From IMG/VR virus record IMGVR_UViG_3300047287_000420, positions 20,286-84,285 of that record: 64,000 bases of DNA; one strand, given 5' to 3'. Every line of letters starts with the position of its first letter. The first letter of the stretch is position 1. The notes under the pieces are model-generated. The model worked only from the letters and a program-made list of their open reading frames with translations. It searched no databases and was not told the DNA's origin. The DNA comes from a virus. Positions 19,175 through 28,844 of the stretch are shown one piece after another. The position numbers and the translations under genes were made by a program.

Positions 19175-20005
19175 ATGGTTTTTATTGCTGGCAAATTTTC
19201 GGCTGATGAAATTCTCTGCCAAATTCCGCCCCACACGCTCCGAATCGATCTTCAAGCACGCCGTTGGAAATCCGATACTGACCCTGATGCGGCCATCACG
19301 GACTCCAACGACAACGGTATACCGATTGAATTCATCCTTCTTGGGTTCACGCCGTATTTCGGCAACCTCGGTATGCGGTCGCACGAAGAGTTTATTCGTA
19401 TTAGTTACATTGGTGTCACACCTTCTCATCGTCTGCTTCCTCCACGCTGCGTATGCACTAGCATCGTCAGCGGTAAATCGAGTCAAAAGAACTTTATCTC
19501 CTACTTCCAGACGCTCTATAACAATCGGATTAACGTTGGTGAGGTAATCACATCGACTAAATTCGTTCAGAAGTCCTTCAATGAGAGGGACCCAATGACG
19601 GGGGCCGATGGAGCCAAGATCAACTACAACGCACTGGAATTCAAAGATCGGCCTGCGCAAACCGACGAAGAGCGCAAGCTCATCGAGGATATTGCAGCGT
19701 GGCTTGATGCTGGCTCAGGAGATCTGGTGGCATCTGCACTACGTTCTTCTATCCCCGGTTCGAATCTGGTTGAGCTTCCTCTGGGAGAAGACCACGCGGC
19801 GATTAAGGAAGCCTTCATAGAGGCGAACCCCAAACGTCTCGAGGGAACAGCGCCTGCGGGTCTTGCGGCTCTGCCAGCTGGTGCAGGTACACCAGGAGCC
19901 AAGCCTGAAGCCGCCGAACCACCGGCTCCCAAAAAGGCAACCGCCAAAAAGGAGCTGACAGAAGAGCAGAAAGCAGCTCTCCAAGCAGCAGGTCTGGACT
20001 TCTAA
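19175..20005 (+). CDS. replication/recombination-associated hypothetical protein
   Basis: 276-aa ORF after SSB, ending GLDF; followed by a terminator. Confidence 0.7.
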   Translation: MVFIAGKFSADEILCQIPPHTLRIDLQARRWKSDTDPDAAITDSNDNGIPIEFILLGFTPYFGNLGMRSHEEFIRISYIGVTPSHRLLPPRCVCTSIVSGKSSQKNFISYFQTLYNNRINVGEVITSTKFVQKSFNERDPMTGADGAKINYNALEFKDRPAQTDEERKLIEDIAAWLDAGSGDLVASALRSSIPGSNLVELPLGEDHAAIKEAFIEANPKRLEGTAPAGLAALPAGAGTPGAKPEAAEPPAPKKATAKKELTEEQKAALQAAGLDF

Positions 20006-20030
20006 TGAATTAGTCGTCAAAAGACACCAC

Positions 20031-20061
20031 AAAGGGACGCTGCAATAGCGTCCTTTTTTTT
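20031..20061. terminator. bidirectional terminator
   Basis: GGACGCT-GCAAT-AGCGTCC plus a T-run, between convergent genes. Confidence 0.85.
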
Positions 20062-20065
20062 GTGA

Positions 20066-20299
20066 TCACATGTCTATGAGGTCGCCAAACGATGGTAAAT
20101 AAACACCGTACGCAACACAGTAATCTATGATCTTCTCGAGCAGCTTGCCGCGAATTAGGTAGTTTGCATATACAATCTCAAGAACCTCGCGAGCTTCCTG
20201 CGGGTTCAGCTTTTCAAACCCATCTAGAAACGCACGGTGCGTAAAACTCTGCTCAAGAGTCAAGTGTGATTTAAGTTTATCCAGCAACCCTTTCGACAT
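20066..20299 (-). CDS. nblA: NblA-like phycobilisome degradation protein
   Basis: LTLEQSF...LNPQEAREVLEIVYANYLIR matches the NblA L(S/T)LEQxF helix-loop-helix pattern. Confidence 0.65.
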   Translation of the reverse strand: MSKGLLDKLKSHLTLEQSFTHRAFLDGFEKLNPQEAREVLEIVYANYLIRGKLLEKIIDYCVAYGVYLPSFGDLIDM

Positions 20300-20834
20300 G
20301 TCCAACTTCTACACCGTTCCTCGTTATATCTTTGATCCTATCGGGAACAGCAATCTGATCGAAGGTGTGGTTTTACTGCCTTGCGACTTCAGTGGGCAGC
20401 TCGAAAAGCAGATCAGAAAGAAAGGAATAACAGATATCAAGTCAAACGATAACGAAGAGAACCTAGTCGATCTCGACTGGTGGGCTACACACAAAAACAG
20501 TGTGGACTGGACGATAGCAATTACGCAAGGTATGAAAGACTACACAAAGTGGATAACAGAGTGTGGACTTCAGATCTCTAGAAAAGGTGTGTGCATCTTA
20601 GATCGTTTAACGTTCTTGGAGCCCACACGGGCACGAGAAGATTTCTTACAAGATTCATCTCTCACAAACATTAAGATCTTGAGTCCCCGGCCTTCATTTC
20701 GTGCCGATGGTACAACTGCAAAAGATCCTGTGACTTCTGCGTGGTTTGTTTTTCAGAAAGCAGGAGCAGCTGCTGTCAATACACAAATAGATTTCGAAGT
20801 AGGCTGGCACCGCCCTCAAGATTTAAAGCTGTGA
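20298..20834 (+). CDS. adenine methyltransferase-fold protein with degenerate motifs
   Basis: NFYT, LTFLEPTRAR, PRPSF, D.VTSAWFVF; NPPF position reads ITQG. Confidence 0.7.
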   Translation: MSNFYTVPRYIFDPIGNSNLIEGVVLLPCDFSGQLEKQIRKKGITDIKSNDNEENLVDLDWWATHKNSVDWTIAITQGMKDYTKWITECGLQISRKGVCILDRLTFLEPTRAREDFLQDSSLTNIKILSPRPSFRADGTTAKDPVTSAWFVFQKAGAAAVNTQIDFEVGWHRPQDLKL

Positions 20835-21151
20835 GCAAGCGTCTGTACAAGCAGCTCGATCATTTAATTGAACTTCAAAAAGAACAGAACATCTTATTAG
20901 ATAAGATCAGTGCGTTGCTTGTGGGTCAGCAGCTTTTAACCGAGTGTGTTGATTACCAGGGCAATGCACGCACCGCAGAAGAGTGTGCAGACATCACTAT
21001 AGAAAGTTTCTCTGCGGCACTTTGCTTAATGTCTGAGCTCGAGCAGCGCAATAGGGACTATCAGTATCAAAAACAAGAATTCTTCCTCGGTGGTGACGAC
21101 GAGGACGATGAAGATGAAGACGAAGGAACTATGATCTCAAGTTCATTCTAA
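20831..21151 (+). CDS. hypothetical protein with acidic tail
   Basis: GTGA overlap; DDEDDEDEDE C-terminus. Confidence 0.7.
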   Translation: MSKRLYKQLDHLIELQKEQNILLDKISALLVGQQLLTECVDYQGNARTAEECADITIESFSAALCLMSELEQRNRDYQYQKQEFFLGGDDEDDEDEDEGTMISSSF

Positions 21152-21177
21152 GCTGAGAAAGAATTGACACCTTTATT

Positions 21178-21957
21178 GTGTCCGATACACGCGTAACGGT
21201 TAATGGTTTAAGGCACTACGTTTGTAACGGCGTTCCCAAACCTCTACCTTCAGTCACTTCTATTCTCAGCGCTACTCAGACAGAAGCCACGCGGGCAAAG
21301 CTGGCTCACTGGAATGCGTTAAATCCAGGAGCTGCTGATGCAGCTGCTACTAGAGGAACTTGGATTCACAACAGCGTAGAAGATTATTTGAGGGGTCTCC
21401 GAGTAATACCGTCAGAGCAATACAAACCATATTGGGACGGAGTACCAGAACTCTTAGATGACCTTTTAGAAGGTGGTCGAGTGCTGTGGTCTGAGAAACC
21501 TTTTAATCAGCCACGCTGGGCTAGATATGTTGGTGACGACGGTGTCGGTCGTATCCACTATTACGATGAAAAAACAGGGCACGGGTATGCCGGCTGTTGC
21601 GACTTGATCTACATGAACGCAAACGCTGAGATTGTCCTCGCCGACTTCAAGACGAGTAACGGACCTTACTCAGCTAGATTCCCGAACAAAAATCAGAACA
21701 TCGACGAGAGAACTCGAAAGGCTTTGATCTCTGGAGTATTTAAAACAAAGAAGACCAGACTGCAGCTAGCAGCTTATAAAGCAGCCGCAGAAGCTTGCTT
21801 AGGAATTAAAATAAGTAAAACACAAATTATTGTCACTACGGCGATCAAAGAATTCAACACTCAGATATTTACATTTGGAGGCGAAGAAATAGAAAAAGAC
21901 GAAGAAAGTTGGTTCCAAGTTGTCAAACAATACTACGAACTAAACCCGGCAGCGTAG
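21178..21957 (+). CDS. PD-(D/E)XK exonuclease (Cas4/RecB-like)
   Basis: PSVTSIL, RGTWIH, YAGCCD, LADFKTS and QLAAY motifs. Confidence 0.9.
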   Translation: MSDTRVTVNGLRHYVCNGVPKPLPSVTSILSATQTEATRAKLAHWNALNPGAADAAATRGTWIHNSVEDYLRGLRVIPSEQYKPYWDGVPELLDDLLEGGRVLWSEKPFNQPRWARYVGDDGVGRIHYYDEKTGHGYAGCCDLIYMNANAEIVLADFKTSNGPYSARFPNKNQNIDERTRKALISGVFKTKKTRLQLAAYKAAAEACLGIKISKTQIIVTTAIKEFNTQIFTFGGEEIEKDEESWFQVVKQYYELNPAA

Positions 21958-22059
21958 AATCAATCGCACCGGAAGGCAGGCGGGCTCTGGGTTCTTCAGC
22001 ATTTCTTCGGTTCCAAAAGCCCCAAACCAGGTCATACTAGAAGCGCTCAGCGACAACCC

Positions 22060-24831
22060 ATGAAGTTCATTTGCTCTGTAAACCTCGGGGTGGTCCCTCA
22101 CCTCCATCCCGAGCTGGGCAAGATCGCTGATGGTGGCAACTTCTCTGCGTTCAACTCGAACTGGGATGCCTGCGAGCTCACCACGGATGAGCTGGCTTCT
22201 GTCTTGGGTCAGCAAGCGGGCCTGTGTGCCTGGCATTTGCAGGACGGTAAACGACAGAGAAACTCAACTGGCGTTATAAAAGCTGGACTGATCATTGTCG
22301 ATATTGATAACCAAGCAGACCATAAAGATCAGGACGGTAACAAAGTACAAAAGCAAGAGCTAACTGTTGAGCAAGCTCTTGAACTTGATATCTGTAAAAA
22401 ATATCTAACGCTCGGGTATTATTCGCCGTCCACGCGGGAAGACTGGCCTCGCTTCCGATTGGTTTTTGGGTTAGAAACTACGGTCATCAATCCAAGTTTC
22501 TACCAGTGGTTCTGTAAGCAGATATATTCTCAGATTCCTGGTTCCGACGTTCGAGCAACAACGGTACCGAATCTTTTTTACGGACCAAAAAATAAAGAAG
22601 CTATCTTTGCAACGCCTGGTAAATACATTCCCAAGGAAAAAATCTCGGAAGCCATCAGGGCATTTGCGGCACTGCCTCCAGATGAAACTGATCTAGGTGG
22701 GGATCCCTCTGAGTTTTTAAATAAGGTAACCATCCGAGAAAACGGGATGGATCTGGAGAGGCTCGTGTCAAACACGGTCCGGTCCGTGCTGGAAGGAGAG
22801 GAGGTCGGAGATCGCAGCTCCACCATGGCTGCTGTTTTCAAGGAACTTTTAGGGTGGTCGAACTGGTGTGAGTCAAATAAAATCGCTTTATGCGTTTCAC
22901 CCTTGACAGTGGCGCATCGTGCGTTCTATAACATATATGGTTACCCGCACGACATCGATGGCAAGTTCGATCGAATCCTCAACTCCATCCGGAATCCAGA
23001 GGAATTACTACCTGCCGTAGCCCTGGCGTCGGAGCTTGGAGAGCTCGGCACTTGGAAAAAGATCAGGCGTATCAGCCGATCTGTTTTTGATACACACGCT
23101 TCTGATGAAGTCAAAGAAGCACTAGCTCAAGCAAAACGAGAAGCAGCTGTAAACGCTGTGCTCGATATGTCTGAGTTTGATCTCAGTACACCTGAGGTAA
23201 CAACATCAAAATCAACAACAAAAACTAAACAGAAAACTGAAGACATGAACACTCCTTCCACGCCCACGCAGCTTGTAAACCTTCAAGGTGGGACTAAAAA
23301 CAGAGAATTCTCTGAGAACGATGTTGCTGACATCATCGTCACCAACCAGGGAGATCAATTTATATACGACAGCTATTTAGATCAGTTCTATCATTACGAT
23401 GAAGATCAAGACATCTGGTATCACCAGGATGAGCAGCACATTAAGCGCAGAATCGTAAAAGCTCTTGATTCGTTCGTGACTGCTGGTGTGCTCTCAAAGT
23501 ACAACGCGGCCATGATCAACAGCGTGTTCTCGATCCTGAAAGCCAAGCTGCTCCGTTCAGCTGATGGAGGTCGTCGCAGTATCTGGACAAAAGCCCGTGG
23601 CTACATTCCTTTCCGAAACGGTGTACTAGATACAACGACTCTGGAGTTTGAAGAAGGTCGGCATAAAGAGCTTTATCTGCGTCACAAACTACCCTATGAG
23701 TACGATGCTAAAGCTCAGTGTCCTGAGTTTATGCGCTGGATCACTTCTGCGCTGGATAAAGGGCAAGAAGTTTTAATCCAGGCTTTCGCGCGAGCACTCC
23801 TGACTGGCTACACAGCTGGTGAGAGATTCCTGCATTTGGTTGGCCCTGGCGGTACAGGCAAGTCAACGATGCAGCAGCTCATGGTGGCTCTCGCTGGTTT
23901 CCACGGCACTCACACGTCGAGCTTGGAGGTCATTGAAACTAATAAATTTGAAAGCTACAACCTGATCGGAAAGAAGCTTCTGCTCCTGACTGATGAATCC
24001 AACTACAACCGGCGGATGGACGTCCTCAAGAAGCTGACGTCAGCTTCGGACACACTGCGTGCAGAAAGAAAGTATGGAAAAGAAATCATCAGCTTTAAAC
24101 CTGAATGTTTAGTCTGTATCGCAAGTAACGAGCACATCACATCAAACGATTCGAGTAGCGGCCTGGAGCGTCGGCGCTTAACAATCGTTATGGATAAGGT
24201 CGTAGATCCCAGTCTGCGTAAAGAACTTATCAGCGTCTTCGACGATCGCATCGAAGGGGCCTTTGTTCCGGAGATGAGCGGCATTGTCACGTGGGCTTTA
24301 TCAATGCCTTACGCAACGATGAAGGATGTTCTGGCGAATCCCACGAAGCACGTTCCGTCGCTCAATAAAACAAACATCGAAGCACTCCTCTTCAACAATC
24401 AGTTTGTTGCGTGGCTGCACGATTGCTGCCTGTACGCACCCAACAGCATCGCCCCTGTGGGACAAGGTGCACGGAAGCCAAACACTGATGAAGCGGAAAA
24501 GGGTATGTATGTAGCTAATGCTTACGGTGCTCTCTATCCGAGCTATGCCAACTTCTGCAAATCATGTGGCTACAAGCCCGCCGCAAAACATCGTTTTGTT
24601 GAACGGACTAAAGAAGCTATGACGAACATTCTGAAAATACCAAACGTAAAAGTAGTGTTAAATGACGGCATTCCTGGTATAAAGGGGCTTCGGATCAAAG
24701 CTTTTGACTTACAATCCGATCGCGCAGCTAAAGGACCTGATCGACTGCCCTCACCCGTGGAGTTCGCTCAGGACATGAACAGCACTCGTTGGGACACAGC
24801 TTTCCAAAAACATGACCCGGTCAAACCCTAA
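22060..24831 (+). CDS. primase-helicase (AEP-like N-terminus, P4/D5 SF3 helicase)
   Basis: IVDIDN and SPS..PRFRLVF primase motifs; IPFRNGVLD (D5_N); GPGGTGKS Walker A; LTDES; AERKY; IASN. Confidence 0.92.
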   Translation: MKFICSVNLGVVPHLHPELGKIADGGNFSAFNSNWDACELTTDELASVLGQQAGLCAWHLQDGKRQRNSTGVIKAGLIIVDIDNQADHKDQDGNKVQKQELTVEQALELDICKKYLTLGYYSPSTREDWPRFRLVFGLETTVINPSFYQWFCKQIYSQIPGSDVRATTVPNLFYGPKNKEAIFATPGKYIPKEKISEAIRAFAALPPDETDLGGDPSEFLNKVTIRENGMDLERLVSNTVRSVLEGEEVGDRSSTMAAVFKELLGWSNWCESNKIALCVSPLTVAHRAFYNIYGYPHDIDGKFDRILNSIRNPEELLPAVALASELGELGTWKKIRRISRSVFDTHASDEVKEALAQAKREAAVNAVLDMSEFDLSTPEVTTSKSTTKTKQKTEDMNTPSTPTQLVNLQGGTKNREFSENDVADIIVTNQGDQFIYDSYLDQFYHYDEDQDIWYHQDEQHIKRRIVKALDSFVTAGVLSKYNAAMINSVFSILKAKLLRSADGGRRSIWTKARGYIPFRNGVLDTTTLEFEEGRHKELYLRHKLPYEYDAKAQCPEFMRWITSALDKGQEVLIQAFARALLTGYTAGERFLHLVGPGGTGKSTMQQLMVALAGFHGTHTSSLEVIETNKFESYNLIGKKLLLLTDESNYNRRMDVLKKLTSASDTLRAERKYGKEIISFKPECLVCIASNEHITSNDSSSGLERRRLTIVMDKVVDPSLRKELISVFDDRIEGAFVPEMSGIVTWALSMPYATMKDVLANPTKHVPSLNKTNIEALLFNNQFVAWLHDCCLYAPNSIAPVGQGARKPNTDEAEKGMYVANAYGALYPSYANFCKSCGYKPAAKHRFVERTKEAMTNILKIPNVKVVLNDGIPGIKGLRIKAFDLQSDRAAKGPDRLPSPVEFAQDMNSTRWDTAFQKHDPVKP

Positions 24832-25381
24832 TCTGGCGATCGCCCTGGCTGCTACTGCTGCAGTTGGGATTACCACAGCGATCACGGCTCCTCAGTTTGT
24901 CGGAGCTTCTCTGGCTTTTGCTGGTGGTTTAATCGGCGGTGCTGGGCTGGGGCGCGAACGTGTGCTCCGCAAGCAACGTACTGACGAAGTTGCAACACGA
25001 GTGACGTCTTGCTTCACTGCCTTGTACGAAGCAAATCGAGGGGTCGTTGATCCTGCTCAGCTTGGACTTCTCGCAAACATCCCTGGAGATCGAGCTCACG
25101 CATTCTTGAACGATCTGGCTGAAACCACGAACGGTCAAAAAATTACAGTACGGCAGGGTGGCGGCGTTATCTTTGCTTTCCCGCATTCCCAATCAGCACT
25201 CGATGAGCTGACTGCGAATGCCCGGAAGTGGGCAGAGGCACAAACACAACAGCTGGCTGCGGAGTTAAACCAACACAAACAAGCTCTGCAGTACATGCAA
25301 CTTCAACAGGCAGCGGCAACAGCTCCTAAGTCTCCAGCTCCCATTAGTGAAATAAGTCCTTGGGAGAATGTAAATCCTTAA
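24812..25381 (+). CDS. membrane protein
   Basis: Two N-terminal hydrophobic segments, a soluble domain and a coiled coil. Confidence 0.7.
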   Translation: MTRSNPNLAIALAATAAVGITTAITAPQFVGASLAFAGGLIGGAGLGRERVLRKQRTDEVATRVTSCFTALYEANRGVVDPAQLGLLANIPGDRAHAFLNDLAETTNGQKITVRQGGGVIFAFPHSQSALDELTANARKWAEAQTQQLAAELNQHKQALQYMQLQQAAATAPKSPAPISEISPWENVNP

Positions 25382-25482
25382 AACCACTAACATTTTTGTG
25401 CAGAGCGGATCTGACAAACACATTTTTTTGAAAACAAACTTGTTTTTAGACATACCCTTAGCTCTACACACTTCTCTTTCTC

Positions 25483-25737
25483 ATGACTGACTCTCGCTAC
25501 CCGTACACATACTCTTGCGATTTCATCAGAAGCCTTGGCCCCGTCTCAACTGGCGGAGTTGTCTTGAGCCGCTCCGACGCTTCGCAGATCCGCCAAGGCA
25601 TTGCCAAGGCTTTGGGCATTGAAGACGACGAGTTAGCACGCAAACTGGCTGATGCGCAGCTTGAGAACCAATCCGACCCTGCAGAAGCGAAGCGCCAGGC
25701 AGAGCGTCTTCTTCTTGCTTGCGGGTACACCCAGTAG
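25483..25737 (+). CDS. hypothetical protein
   Basis: SRYPYTYSCDFIR...LSRSDASQIR; ends in CCAGTAGTC. Confidence 0.7.
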   Translation: MTDSRYPYTYSCDFIRSLGPVSTGGVVLSRSDASQIRQGIAKALGIEDDELARKLADAQLENQSDPAEAKRQAERLLLACGYTQ

Positions 25738-25751
25738 TCAACATCACTTCT

Positions 25752-25949
25752 ATGACCGAACTTTCACCCGCCGCTGAAGCCGTCCTCGATGCGGCGTTGC
25801 CTCACGTGGTTCACCGCTACTCCGTCGCCGCCGCCCTGCGTGCTGCTGCGGATCAAGGAGAGATTTTATTTGATGCGTATGACAGCCCGGTCCAGGCTGT
25901 GACTGTCGATGATCTCCTGGCCATCGCTGACGAGCTTGAAGCCCAGTAG
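25752..25949 (+). CDS. hypothetical protein (LSPAA...IADELE type)
   Basis: ATG at 25752; paralog of 26104..26349. Confidence 0.7.
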   Translation: MTELSPAAEAVLDAALPHVVHRYSVAAALRAAADQGEILFDAYDSPVQAVTVDDLLAIADELEAQ

Positions 25950-26103
25950 TCCGATCAACTAACCATTTTGTTGGTGTCACCAAAAAGGTCCCCTGCTACA
26001 CTCAATCTCGATAGAGCCTGAGCCCCTGTTCCGTCCTTATGAGGCGGTTCACGCTCAGGCCATCAACAATCTCAATGTTTACCGTTTATAAAGAACTCAA
26101 CTA

Positions 26104-26349
26104 ATGGCAAAAGGACTTTCAGCTGACGCATACGCTGTAATCAAAAAAGCTCATGAAGTTGATTGGTGCAATAAAAAGGCTATAGCTGCTGTCCTCCGAG
26201 AAGTGGCTTACAGGCTGAGCTTCGGCCACGCCACAGGTGACGGAATCATCTGCGAAGACGATCTGCGAGCCTTGGCTAATGAACTTGATTCTTACGAAGA
26301 GCTAATTGACGTAACCCCAGTAAACAAAGCTACTGAGGAAGATACCTAA
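26104..26349 (+). CDS. hypothetical protein, paralog of 25752..25949
   Basis: LSADAYAV...IAAVLRE...DDLRALANELD. Confidence 0.65.
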   Translation: MAKGLSADAYAVIKKAHEVDWCNKKAIAAVLREVAYRLSFGHATGDGIICEDDLRALANELDSYEELIDVTPVNKATEEDT

Positions 26350-27028
26350 GGAAATCCCAACCCTTAAGGGATGGATCTTCGGACGCCCTAACTGCTTTCA
26401 CAACAGTAGGAAGCTCGCGGGCAAGGCGGTAACCAATCGATCTAGCAATCTGGCGGTGCTCAGCCTGAGTATCATCCTTGCCGCGTAAACCAACATAATG
26501 CAGGAAACTACGCACAGTGCCACTCATGTGCATACGAGTGGGTGTGTACAAGGGCAAAACATTCCTTGCGCACTCACGGGCCACGCCGGCATCGAGCATC
26601 TCCTTATACAGCCCCTGGATCTGATTATCGACGATCTCAAGTCGCTCCCAGAACGACTCGCACATATAAACCGGCAGCCGGTCCACGCTGCTCTGACGGT
26701 TCTTAGAAGCTTGGAACCTCAGCTCAAACTGAAAGGGTTTCTCTTCTAAATCGAGTGTTTCGTTAGGCTCACAGTAACGCTGAGACAGTTCTTGAAATAC
26801 AAAGCTCCTGTGCCTCAAGACTTGAGGTGAGATAGCTCGAGTTGTACTGATCTCAAAGCTGGCCGAAGCTTGCTCGAATACACTATGATGTCCATGTTTG
26901 ATACAGTATACTAAAAGTTTTTCATACTCTTCACGATCAGGGTTTTTTGTGGAAACTCTAGCGTGTCGCGCAATTACTCGTTCTGCTTCTGGAGTTATCC
27001 AATCTAATTGAGCAGTATGGAGTTGCAT
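26330..27028 (-). CDS. thyX: flavin-dependent thymidylate synthase
   Basis: GHHSVFEQ, QVLRHRSFVFQELSQRY, ARECARNVLP, QAEHR. Confidence 0.95.
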   Translation of the reverse strand: MQLHTAQLDWITPEAERVIARHARVSTKNPDREEYEKLLVYCIKHGHHSVFEQASASFEISTTRAISPQVLRHRSFVFQELSQRYCEPNETLDLEEKPFQFELRFQASKNRQSSVDRLPVYMCESFWERLEIVDNQIQGLYKEMLDAGVARECARNVLPLYTPTRMHMSGTVRSFLHYVGLRGKDDTQAEHRQIARSIGYRLARELPTVVKAVRASEDPSLKGWDFLRYLPQ

Positions 27029-27053
27029 GAGTTGTTTGTACAGATGTGTGGGT

Positions 27054-27629
27054 CTATTGTAGTGCGTCTATATCGATCCAGTTAGCATCCCAAGCGTCTT
27101 CGGAAAAATATTGAAGCACACCTGCCCACCGGGCTTCGGCCGCTTCCCGAAGAGTCAAATATGTCCCTAAATGATATGTAATACGATTTACTTTTATAGT
27201 AACTTTGTACCTCTTCTCTCTTTTATTCCAATACACACCGCGCACACCAGTCTTATTATTTTTATTGTGTTTTCTATTTTGCATTTGTATACCTTTTGTA
27301 GAAACTCTTAAATTGTCTAGCGCGTTATATAACGAGTTAACGTTTATGTGATCTATCTCAAGAGGGTATGAATCAATTTTATTAGACATAAAATAAATAA
27401 CTCGTGCGACATTTAATCTTTTATTGTCTGCGGTTACGTACCACTTAGCATGTCCGTGGGCGTTAGTACTTATAGACCCAGCCCAATCCCCTGCTTTTAT
27501 TCGATTACTTGTACTAACTCTCCATTTCAAGCCTGATTCTTTATCAACTTTCAAAAGGCAAGGTCGAGAAACTTTAAAAAGCTCGTGACATCTCTCGTAA
27601 CTAATGCCTAGAGGCTTGATACCTGCCAT
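27054..27629 (-). CDS. HNH-AP2 homing endonuclease
   Basis: EIDHIN..NALDNLR and NKTGVRGVYW..YHLGTY AP2 domain; markedly AT-richer than flanks. Confidence 0.85.
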   Translation of the reverse strand: MAGIKPLGISYERCHELFKVSRPCLLKVDKESGLKWRVSTSNRIKAGDWAGSISTNAHGHAKWYVTADNKRLNVARVIYFMSNKIDSYPLEIDHINVNSLYNALDNLRVSTKGIQMQNRKHNKNNKTGVRGVYWNKREKRYKVTIKVNRITYHLGTYLTLREAAEARWAGVLQYFSEDAWDANWIDIDALQ

Positions 27630-27796
27630 CTAAAGCCTGCAAGAAGCAGTTCGACTATATCAGCTCTTAGGAAAAGCCTGTTGATACCTGAGACGAGCAG
27701 TAATCTCGCTCGGGTTCGATACCATTCGAGCGAGGTCAGCAGGTCCCAAACCGAGACGCATCCCAGCCATGCGAACCTTATCAGCATCCTGGTGCA

Positions 27797-28312
27797 TCAT
27801 TTTTTAATTTTGACAGGGAGCTGAAGAGGTAAGGTTCCTGCTGTGTTGAGATTCTGCGGGATCATCGCCATCGTCGGATCCATCGCATTCAGGAAGTTCT
27901 GCTGCGGAACCGTCGTCAGAATCTTCAACTTATTACGCATCTCAGGGTTCAAGGTGTTCTGGGTTTTCACCAGGTATTCACCCTTGCTCATATCAGCAGG
28001 CCGCTCCGGGATCACTAAGTTATCCCTGTGGTTGTAACCAGCAGGCCCTGTCAACTGCTGGCTAGGAACGATATTGCTGGCCTGGACATCTGTAGGTCCC
28101 ACGGGCTCCCGTGCGTACTCTCCAATATCGTGCTGATACTGAGAATATACTCGGTTGATGTTGTCTAAACCGGTTGCCCGGTTCAGCTCAATCATCTCAG
28201 GAGTGTTCTGATACAGCGAGGGGTTACCTGTAGCCAAGCTACCGAGTGGTTTCACTCGAGCAGCCATAGGGCCTAAGCCACCGGGGCGCTGTAAGAAGTT
28301 TTGGCCGTTCAT
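27797..28312 (-). CDS. hypothetical protein
   Basis: 171-aa ORF in the late strand. Confidence 0.7.
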   Translation of the reverse strand: MNGQNFLQRPGGLGPMAARVKPLGSLATGNPSLYQNTPEMIELNRATGLDNINRVYSQYQHDIGEYAREPVGPTDVQASNIVPSQQLTGPAGYNHRDNLVIPERPADMSKGEYLVKTQNTLNPEMRNKLKILTTVPQQNFLNAMDPTMAMIPQNLNTAGTLPLQLPVKIKK

Positions 28313-28326
28313 AGTTTTATCTTAGC

Positions 28327-28560
28327 TCAATCAGGTTTCCTAGATCTATTTCTCGAAGCGTCCATTACCCTTAAGTTAGAGGGCGAATTGTTGTGCGGGT
28401 TCCGATCTTTATGGTCGACATCTTTACCATCACCTTTATGGACCCGACCTTCGCGTTCCATAAAGCGCCGCGCTTTATTTCTAGCTGCACGGCGCTTCTT
28501 TACTTTCTCGGTACCATCGTAGTTACGGTACTCTTCCTTATAGTCTCTCTTATACGCCAT
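28327..28560 (-). CDS. small HNH endonuclease
   Basis: DGKDVDHKD.NP.NN..SNLRV..NR. Confidence 0.85.
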   Translation of the reverse strand: MAYKRDYKEEYRNYDGTEKVKKRRAARNKARRFMEREGRVHKGDGKDVDHKDRNPHNNSPSNLRVMDASRNRSRKPD

Positions 28561-28575
28561 CAGCTGACTAAGTTT

Positions 28576-28815
28576 TTACAATTCTAAGCCAGCACGGAAC
28601 AACTCAGCTACTTCCATGCCCCGCATGGTAACCAGGTGCCGAGCAAACTCAGCCAAATCGGACTGAAAACGCTGGAAGAGCCCGGAGTACAGACCGTTAT
28701 TACAGCCATAGAACTCATAAAGCGCATCTAAGAAATCTGCCTTGCTTTGCTCATCAGTAACACTCCAGTTATCCAGAATCTTCTGATAATCGAACTCAGC
28801 GCCGACAGAAACCAT
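28576..28815 (-). CDS. hypothetical protein
   Basis: KADFLDALYEFY...GLYSGLFQ. Confidence 0.65.
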   Translation of the reverse strand: MVSVGAEFDYQKILDNWSVTDEQSKADFLDALYEFYGCNNGLYSGLFQRFQSDLAEFARHLVTMRGMEVAELFRAGLEL

Positions 28816-28844
28816 GGCTCGAGGGAGAGAGTACGAAGTCTACC

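Noticed and set aside
21178-21957. Cas4-like nuclease as evidence of a CRISPR system
   Set aside because: No array or other cas genes; such nucleases are common in phage replication modules
24835-24844. HIP1-like GGCGATCGCC site
   Set aside because: Isolated occurrence; no visible enrichment
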